In this document: piece by piece, positions 56,612-62,671 of the stretch
Numbering within the stretch: the stretch's first letter is position 1
How the letters are laid out: the number at the start of each line of letters is the position of its first letter
Assembly (NCBI GenBank): GCA_016928855.1
Contig: JAFGKA010000039.1
Coordinates: forward strand, 1-62,671
Length of the DNA: 62,671 bases
Reading direction: 5' to 3'
Source of the DNA: Phycisphaerae bacterium
GTDB taxonomy: Bacteria; Planctomycetota; Phycisphaerae; UBA1845; PWPN01
The notes under the pieces: generated by a model
What the model was told of the DNA's origin: nothing
Seen by the model: the letters and a program-made list of their open reading frames with translations, nothing else
The model's database searches: none
Program-made: the position numbers and the translations under genes

Positions 56612-56870
56612 TGCAGGTGGATGCGTACCTAATCACGACGGAGCACCTGCTCGAACCCGTCGGTGCGCGGGGCATGTCCGAGCCTGGTTTCTCGATGAAA
56701 CCGTTCGATGGATAAAGATCACCTCCGCAACGTCCCAGGAGGTCGAGCAGGCCCTCCGGCCACTGGAATTACAGCCGCACATCGTGCAAGCGTGCGCGAA
56801 TCCTCAACCACCCCAGGTCGAGGTTTTCGAGAAGGTTCTGTTCGTGGCCATGGCCCTGATCGCGTCCTGA
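56612..56870 (+). pseudogene. CorA-like Mg2+/Co2+ transporter N-terminal fragment, start and body in different frames, truncated
   Basis: ATG 56612 follows GGGAG. The frame from 56634 reads ...VRAWFLDETVRWIKITSATSQEVEQALRPLELQPHIVQACANPQPPQVEVFEKVLFVAMALIAS-stop (codons verified by hand). This parallels the CorA blocks WIDL..P..EE...L...LHPL..ED....QRPKVE.Y...LFIV. That frame has no start codon, and no transmembrane part follows. Confidence 0.4.
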
Positions 56871-57130
56871 TAGACCGGCTGGGGAAAGTTCACCGGGAAG
56901 TAGTTGAACAGGTAAACCGCATCGGCGCCCTGCGAGAGGACCGCTGTGGCAGCCCCGTGGGCCATCTCGGGGCTGGCGCCAGTTGCCAGGCGTGGATCTG
57001 CGGCCCAACGCGTAGTCTCGCTGCAAGTCCGGCGCAATACGACGCCCAGCCCGGTGAGCCGGAAGTCGTCGCAGGAATGCACGATTGCCAGCCGGCCAGG
57101 CTGGACGTCGTCAGCGGCTGCCTGCCGGTT
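56804..57130 (-). pseudogene. C-terminal remnant of an unidentified minus-strand gene
   Basis: The frame has high third-position GC: ...AIVHSCDDFRLTGLGVVLRR ... AVLSQGADAVYLFNYFPVNFPQPVY. The only upstream start would overlap the divergent sulfatase start. The last ~20 codons are antisense to the CorA fragment. Confidence 0.25.
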
Positions 57131-57274
57131 GCGGAGCGAGTGATAATGTGCAGAATCTGGCAAGGATCCGCACAGGCGTCGAAAGGGGATATCCGGGCAA
57201 CGTGCCGCATCCCCAGAGACACTGTTCCTCGGCCTGGTCGCTCGCAAGTCGACTTCAAACAAAGCGAGGGCGTC

Positions 57275-57976
57275 ATGATACCCCGACCACTTCTCGCTGT
57301 CTTCGGCGTACTCGTGGTTTTTCCCGTTGGGCTTCACGCGGAATCCGCCCCGGCTAAGCCCAACATCGTTGTCTTTCTCGTCGACGATATGGGCGTCATG
57401 GATACCTCGGTGCCGTTTCTAACAGACGAGACAGGCGCAGCCAAGCGATATCCCCTCAATGACTACTATCGCACGCCCAACATGGAACGGCTGGCGAAGC
57501 AAGGCATCCGTTTCAACAACTTCTATGCCATGAGCGTCTGTTCGCCGACGCGCATCTCCATCATGACCGGCCAGAACGCTGCGCGGCATCACACCACAAA
57601 CTGGATCGATCCCGACAAGGACAATCGAGGTCCCTGGGGTCCCCCGGAATGGAATTGGAGTGGTTTGAAACGCGACGACGTGACGTTACCACGGTTGTTG
57701 CAGAAGGCCGGCTATCGCACAATCCACGTTGGAAAAGGGCACTTCGGGGCGCGTGCTTTTGAAGGTGCCGAACCGAAGAACCTCGGTTTCGACGTGAATG
57801 TCGGAGGTGCTTCGTTTGGATCACCTGGCAGCTACTACGGCGAGGACAGCTACGGCCTGGGTACGCGGAGAGCTTCCAGCGCCGTGCCGCATCTGGAGAA
57901 GTACCATGGCACCGAGACGTTTCGTGGTGGCCCACTCGGTGACCAGCCGTCGGTACGCAGCATGGCTCTCGGGTGA
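57275..57976 (+). pseudogene. Truncated Cys-type sulfatase (N-terminal ~215 codons only)
   Basis: GAGGG RBS. Signal peptide MIPRPLLAVFGVLVVFPVGLHA, KPNIVVFLVDDMGVMD, MSVCSPTRISIMTGQNAARHH. Family resemblance ends near VPHLEKYHGTETF (about 57915). The tail is antisense to the integrase fragment. Confidence 0.75.
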
Positions 57977-58084
57977 ACCGTACTTGCCGAGGTAGTGCGC
58001 ATGTCCGCCGAACCAGACGACGGCCTGGCCGGAGGGCCTGTGAAAACAATAGTTGGGAACCTTGTATTTTAGTCGGGGCATCAT
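57821..58084 (-). pseudogene. Tyrosine integrase N-terminal fragment (about 50-55 codons), catalytic domain missing
   Basis: AAGGAG RBS, tandem ATGs at 58084/58081. MMPRLKYKVPNYCFHRPSGQAVVWFGGHAHYLGKYGSPESHAAYRRLVTEW is the stereotyped head of planctomycete/verrucomicrobial island integrases. The remainder of the ORF is antisense to the sulfatase. Confidence 0.65.
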
Positions 58085-58203
58085 GCGACTCCTTTGTCCG
58101 CGCCAGACCGGTAGTCTTACCGGCTTGTTAAGGACTTCTGGGCCGCACTGCCCGACGCAGGCAGGCACGCTAAACAGCGTTCGGCACAGGCATTATACCA
58201 CAA

Positions 58204-58275
<72 letters not shown>

Positions 58276-58290
58276 ATACCTATATATAGT

Positions 58291-58319
58291 CATATACAGC
58301 ACTTACATCGCTGCGTCAA
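58291..58319 (-). promoter_or_regulatory. Candidate promoter of tRNA-Gly (TTGACG-17 nt-TATATG on the minus strand)
   Basis: -35 at 58319-58314 and -10 at 58296-58291, followed by a TATATA-rich leader. The tRNA 5' end is at 58275. Confidence 0.3.
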
Positions 58320-58369
58320 GTCCCGTTGCGTCCCGTTGAATGCCGTTTAGTCCCTTTCAGTGCCGTTAG
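58320..58369. repeat. Five contiguous 10-nt imperfect direct repeats (one helical turn each) just upstream of the tRNA-Gly -35
   Basis: GTCCCGTTGC GTCCCGTTGA ATGCCGTTTA GTCCCTTTCA GTGCCGTTAG. Confidence 0.8.
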
Positions 58370-58856
58370 TTACACCCAAACCGCCAGAAAAACGCCAGAT
58401 CCGAACCCGCCGGTTGGCAGGTGTTCGGGTCTCCGATGAGTCCTCCCCCAGAAGCTGGGCGGCGCTCCCGGCTCTCTGGGTATCGGGAGTCGCTGAGTGG
58501 CCCGGAGATGGATATCCTGCCTGGCATGCAGAAACGGCGCTAGAAGAAACACCCCCGCCTGGACGGTTACGTTTGGTTCCCCGGCATCACCCATCCGCAG
58601 GGACGACCACGGGCATTCGCCGACGCCATGAAGGCGATGGTCCGTGGCTTCATCGAGGTCAACAACATCCCCGTCAAACAGATGGAGGCATACAGGTCGG
58701 TGTCGTCGCTGCGATTGATACCACGGTAGACCCTGCGCCCGATCTCGCTACCGTTGTTCGCGATGGCTCCGGTTACGAAAATATGGCACTCTCAAGAACA
58801 TCAGGGGGGAGCTCCCGGCCTACGACGCTACTCTCGAAGCGTTGGAGCGAGGCGAA

Positions 58857-58965
58857 CCCGCCGAATACATCCAGTTCCCAGCTTGCGTCGAACCCGGCCT
58901 GGAACATGTTCTGGCCGCGAACGGAGGCGTCGTCGCTGGAGGAACCGTCATGAGCAAACGGAAGC
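58857..58965 (-). pseudogene. Fragment of a NodT/OprM-type outer-membrane efflux factor
   Basis: SSSDDASVRGQNMFQAGFDASWELDVFGG matches the family block ...aGfDAsWElDlfGg. No other part of the ~470-aa family is present. Confidence 0.45.
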
Positions 58966-59040
58966 AACGTCGAATGTGGACGCCGGAGCAAGAGCTGCAG
59001 CTGGTTCTCGAATCGCTGCAATCCGACCGCCAGGCGCCAG
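58950..59040 (+). mobile_element. IS3-family transposase OrfA head (about 30 codons), no transposase body
   Basis: MSKRKQRRMWTPEQELQLVLESLQSDRQ resembles the IS3/IS911 OrfA start MSKRKRRxFTPEFKxxVVLEALRG. It abuts the NodT fragment on the other strand. Confidence 0.4.
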
Positions 59041-59248
59041 TAGGCAGAAGCAGAAGGGAACGGCAGGCGGATGCGGCTCCACCGCTCTCCACGGCAGCGT
59101 CGCGCCCCCGCAATTCAAAGGGGCTTCGGCCGTGAGCTCAGCCGAACGGCTGACGCCTGTTTCGTTACCTCCATCGCGCCCTGTGGTCTGGGACTCAGCC
59201 TTGAATCTGCGAGCATCTGCGAAAATCTGCGGTTCGACGCATCTTTAA

Positions 59249-59352
59249 TGAGGAGTCAGGAGACAGAAGACAGGAGACAGAGAAAGCCAGTGGGCAGTAG
59301 GCAGTCGGCAGCGGACGGAAACAGGTAGAAGGCAGAGGGCAGTAGCAGACAC
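59249..59352 (+). repeat. About 100-nt purine-rich low-complexity tract with short reiterated motifs (CAGGAGACAG, GGCAGT)
   Basis: Hand count: 20 pyrimidines in the 90 nt from 59251 to 59340. Contains AGGAGTCAGGAGACAGAAGACAGGAGACAGAGAAAG and GGCAGTAGGCAGTCGGCAGCGG. Confidence 0.8.
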
Positions 59353-59550
59353 TCCGACGCCTTCCTGTTCGTTCTCGCCGTCGTTTTTTTGACGCTTGCG
59401 GTCGGTGGACGCGTTCCGCTCGGGTCGAGAGAAGCCAGACCCCGCCACACTGAACACGTACGCCGGAACGCGACACGGTCGGCGTGTCTTGCCGAGACAA
59501 TGTTGCCCCCCTGCCGTTCGCCGAGTGCCCCCGCCGCCGGGTCGCCGTCC

Positions 59551-60219
59551 TCAGGTGGGGCGACGTCGGCGGGCGAACAGGACGGCACCGGTACCCAGCA
59601 ACAGGGCCGTGACCGGTTCGGGGACAGCCTTGATGCGCACCGTCACCTCGCTGCCCTGGTCGAAGCGAATCAACGGGTTCGGGCTGTTCGTGGTGTTGAA
59701 CGTGCTGAGCCGCAGCCAGCGGGTCGGGACGCCGTCCACGAATGTCCAATCGACCTTGTACGACGCGGCGCCGTTGAACGCCGTCGAGCCGTCCACGCCC
59801 GCGGTGCTCCCGACCGCGATGCTAGCCGCGGTCGAACCGGAGAAGCTCGGCTCCTGGAACATCACTTCCGTGCCGTTGGCAAAGCCCTCGAAATCCTGCA
59901 CGACCACCGGCCCGGGGGGCAATCGCGTCGACGACGTAGTCGATCCAGAGGGTGATGGGCGTGGTGATACCGACGTGATTCCGGAAGCGCAGATGCTCGA
60001 TCGAGCCGTAGGCCAGAATGCAAGAATTGCCTCCCAAACACTCAACCCGCACGGCGTGCTGAATACACCGGCCCGCCTTCGCGAAGCGCCGCGGCGCCCC
60101 GATGATCGAGATCCCGCCGCCGGGTCTTTCCTGGTGGTTTTGGGCCGCTTCCGGCGCGTGGCCACCTGCCGCGTGCGTGAATCGACGCGATCGCCCGTGT
60201 CGTCGTTGGGCATCGTCAT
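59551..60219 (-). CDS. PEP-CTERM-anchored protein, probably frame-disrupted (C-terminal ~120 codons well supported)
   Basis: C-terminus VPEPVTALLLGTGAVLFARRRRPT (PEP motif, TM helix, Arg cluster). Upstream of the G6 tract at 59914-59919 the coding signal moves to another frame. No signal peptide is visible in any frame. Confidence 0.55.
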   Translation of the reverse strand: MTMPNDDTGDRVDSRTRQVATRRKRPKTTRKDPAAGSRSSGRRGASRRRAGVFSTPCGLSVWEAILAFWPTARSSICASGITSVSPRPSPSGSTTSSTRLPPGPVVVQDFEGFANGTEVMFQEPSFSGSTAASIAVGSTAGVDGSTAFNGAASYKVDWTFVDGVPTRWLRLSTFNTTNSPNPLIRFDQGSEVTVRIKAVPEPVTALLLGTGAVLFARRRRPT

Positions 60220-60332
60220 TTGCGATGAGAGCTGGCGATTGGGCCCAGTGACAGAACGCTGTCTGCTCTGGCGGCGACGAGGGCGCGTGACGCCCTCCGG
60301 CGTACGGCCGAAGATGGGAAAGGCTCAGCCGG

Positions 60333-61835
60333 TTACGGCCGGTTCCATTTGTCGTCCGCGAACTCCTGGCCGAGTTCCAGCATGCCTGTCTTTGGATCGC
60401 GCGGCCCCGTATCGAACGGATCGTTTGTGTCGGCGATCCATCGCTGCAAGCGGGTCTCCATTTGCTGCTGGACATCGGCGAACTTCGCCTTCCCGGCAAG
60501 GTTCTGCATCTCCAGCGGGTCGTTGTTCCGGTCGAACAGCATCGGTTCGCGCTCGTTGTTGTGCCAGCGGGCGTAGACCCAGCGCTCGGTGCGGACGCCG
60601 CGCCAGTAGCCGACCCATTTGCCGCGATACGGCCAGCCGGGCCCCATGTTCTGGAGGTACACCGAATCCGGCGGCGGCGGGCCTTCTTTGCCAAACGCGA
60701 CGTGCGAGAGGTCGTGGCCCTGGACGCCCTCGGGCACGCCGAGCCCGCAGAGCCCCAGCAGCGTAGGCATCACATCCACACTGCTGAACATCACCTTGGT
60801 TCGGCTCTTGGCCTGCACGCGACGAGGGAACCGCATCAGAAACGGAATGTGGATCGCCTCATCATAGGGCGTAGACTTCGAGGCGCGCATCGAGTGATGC
60901 ATCCACTTGTCACTCGGTTTGCCGTAGCCGTGACTGCTGAGGTGGTCGCCGTGGTCCGAGGTGAAGCAGACGATGGTGTTGTCGGCAAGGCCCAGTCGGT
61001 CCAGTGCCGCCAGGAGCCGGCCCATCTGTTCATCCAGCGCCGAGATGCACCCGTAGTAGTCAGCGAGTTCCTGCCGGGCGAAGGCCGCCATCTGCACGGG
61101 CACATTTCGGGGCAGGTCAACCGCGGCCGGGTCGTAGACCTTGAACCGCTTCGGGTATTGATCGTACGGCCAGTGCGGCGGGGCCCAGGCCATGACCAGC
61201 GCGAACGGATCGTCCGCCCTTGTCCGCGTGTGCTCTTCCACAAACCGGATCGCCAGATCGGTCTCGCCCTCCGGCGCCCATTTGTCGAACGGGATCGGCC
61301 CGCGTTCATTCTCGTGATAGCTGGTCTTGTAGAAGCCGGATCCGCAGTCATACGCCGCCATGTAGTCGAAGCCGTAGCGCTTGTCCGGCGTGTACGGGCC
61401 GTAGCCCAGGTGCCACTTGCCGATGAAACCCGTGTGATAGCCGGCGTTCCCGAGCACCTGGGCCAACGTCACCTGATCCGGCTTGAGACGGTATTCGTTA
61501 TCGATGACACCCGTGCAATGACCGTACCTACCCGTCAGGATCTGGGCCCGGTATGGCGAACAGAGCGGGTGACTCGAAAACGCCTGGTCGAATGCCATGC
61601 CTTCGCCCGCCAGTCGATCCAGGTTCGGCGTCCGAACGACCTCGTTGCCACTCGAACCGAGCGCCGTGTACCGGAGCTGATCGGCAAAGACGAACAGGAT
61701 GTTGGGCCGCGCCCGCTGCGAGTCGGCGGGAGCCGCTCCAGTCGCCTGACCGGGCATGGATGACAACAGTCCAATGGCAACGCCGCAGAGCGCCCCGAGC
61801 CCGCCGCGACGGATCTTTCGTACCTGCATTTCCAT
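60333..61835 (-). CDS. Cys-type (formylglycine) sulfatase
   Basis: RPNILFVFADQLRYTALG ... HPLCSPYRAQILTGRYGH. ATG 61835 follows GGAGAG and gives the signal peptide MEMQVRKIRRGGLGALCGVAIGLLSS. The longest ORF reaches 61880. Confidence 0.9.
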   Translation of the reverse strand: MEMQVRKIRRGGLGALCGVAIGLLSSMPGQATGAAPADSQRARPNILFVFADQLRYTALGSSGNEVVRTPNLDRLAGEGMAFDQAFSSHPLCSPYRAQILTGRYGHCTGVIDNEYRLKPDQVTLAQVLGNAGYHTGFIGKWHLGYGPYTPDKRYGFDYMAAYDCGSGFYKTSYHENERGPIPFDKWAPEGETDLAIRFVEEHTRTRADDPFALVMAWAPPHWPYDQYPKRFKVYDPAAVDLPRNVPVQMAAFARQELADYYGCISALDEQMGRLLAALDRLGLADNTIVCFTSDHGDHLSSHGYGKPSDKWMHHSMRASKSTPYDEAIHIPFLMRFPRRVQAKSRTKVMFSSVDVMPTLLGLCGLGVPEGVQGHDLSHVAFGKEGPPPPDSVYLQNMGPGWPYRGKWVGYWRGVRTERWVYARWHNNEREPMLFDRNNDPLEMQNLAGKAKFADVQQQMETRLQRWIADTNDPFDTGPRDPKTGMLELGQEFADDKWNRP

Positions 61836-62055
61836 GATCGGCTCTCCGCCGTGATCACGACTACTGACGGCTGTGGGCACGAATCAGGATCGACCACAGG
61901 CATCCGGGCGGCAACGGCGTCAAGGGGCCGGCCCAGAGTTCCATCAGAAATCGGTATGGCCAGGAAACCTCCGGACGCCCATCAGTGTAGCCGCCCGGCC
62001 CGGCGAGAGCGAGTTGCGGGAGAAACAGACAGCGGTTTGGCGAGGCGGGCCGTGT

Positions 62056-62094
62056 GGATGCCGCGGGGGAGCGGGTTGAGACCCCGCGGCATCC
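62056..62094. repeat. Perfect 13-bp inverted repeat (hairpin, 13-nt loop) in the non-coding tail
   Basis: GGATGCCGCGGGG-gagcgggttgaga-CCCCGCGGCATCC. No U-tract. Confidence 0.7.
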
Positions 62095-62296
62095 GGCCTG
62101 TGTCCACTGTCCAACGGTCCTACTGACTCCACAGCCCCAGCTCGGGATACACGCACCCCAAAGCTGTTCGTGTCCACGGGGTCTGCTGTCGCCCCGAAAA
62201 ACGCACCGTGTCAAACTCCTGCGGCGTAGTTTTCCACGCCCGGGTCCGCGAAGAAGGCGAAATCACAGACCCGGGGCGTGGAACCGCACAGACTCA

Positions 62297-62321
62297 AACG
62301 GCATTGACTCCTCATGCCGTT
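62297..62321. repeat. 8-bp hairpin AACGGCAT-tgactcctc-ATGCCGTT
   Basis: Read directly from the sequence. It shares the TGCCGTT core with the 10-nt repeats at 58320-58369. Confidence 0.6.
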
Positions 62322-62671
62322 CCAGAAGGCATTCCCGTCCCCGTGGACGCACTGGATAGGCCCTGACCATCGGGAGGACAGAAAAGATACACTCCCGAGC
62401 GGGAAACACCTCAGCGCGAACCGGGTGCCGCACACGTGACCTCAACAGCCACGCTTGCTATAGCTAGTTACGAACCGGATTGGAACCGCCAAATACGATC
62501 TGGTGCGAACGACCTACCAGAGGTTGGCGGACCAAGGCATGAACCGAATGAATGATACCGAGGGGAACAACAACCTCAGATCACGCCACAGACCTCGTTC
62601 ATCACTACTATACACGCGCTTATCGGAAGATGTCAACTGCGTTTTGCAGAAAAACTTGAATGAGTACCGGC

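Noticed and set aside
56708-57976. The 422-aa ORF, taken as a full-length protein
   Set aside because: Only the part from ATG 57275 (RBS, signal peptide, sulfatase motifs) is credible. The upstream 189 codons run across the CorA-like fragment and a minus-strand remnant. The last ~20 codons are antisense to the integrase head.
62054-62435. ORFs 62054-62359 (+), 61861-62214 (-) and 62211-62435 (-), as genes in the terminal region
   Set aside because: They have Arg/Pro/Cys-rich composition, no RBS, no motifs and mutual overlap. I treated the region as non-coding.

Overview
GC-rich bacterial window. The gene content suggests Planctomycetota or a close relative, but this is inference only: many Cys-type sulfatases, giant secreted multidomain proteins, a PEP-CTERM tail, DUF1254/DUF1214 proteins and a planctomycete-style integrase N-terminus. 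I count about 40 credible protein genes, about 10 gene fragments, one tRNA-Gly(CCC), no rRNA and no CRISPR. Layout: (1) 1-3.3 kb, a SWIM/SNF2 helicase pair plus a small CcbP-like gene. (2) 3.5 kb, a 64-nt palindrome made of two inverted tRNA 3'-halves. (3) 4-9 kb, TetR, two DUF1254/DUF1214 paralogues and an outer-membrane barrel. (4) 10.6-27.7 kb, a 14-gene minus-strand operon joined by overlapping start/stop codons: ROK regulator, MLE-type enolase, three amidohydrolase_2, NTF2-like, creatininase-fold, Na+/solute symporter, Gfo/Idh/MocA, three secreted glycosidase-like proteins, RidA, RraA. (5) 28-37 kb, two giant secreted carbohydrate-binding/hydrolase-like proteins (1136 and 1887 aa). (6) 37-44.7 kb, a minus-strand unit: sulfatase, GH43 stub, SSF symporter and a 1306-aa fusion of a paralogue of the 28-kb protein core to a complete sulfatase. 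(7) 45.6-56.6 kb, AraC, sulfatase stub, OprB porin, large sulfatase, MBL hydrolase, DUF3300 (with a 15x DPRGxx hexapeptide array), DUF2950, alpha/beta hydrolase and PAS-PP2C. (8) 56.6-60.3 kb, a decay zone of gene fragments around tRNA-Gly: CorA-like, sulfatase half, integrase head, NodT piece, IS3 OrfA head and a frame-switching PEP-CTERM gene. (9) One more sulfatase and an 0.8-kb non-coding tail. The best candidates for something undescribed are the 17-kb coupled operon with its odd cytoplasmic enzyme set, and the uncharacterised ~800-aa core module found once with CBM-type domains and once fused to a sulfatase. All family calls rest on motif recognition by eye. No database search was run.
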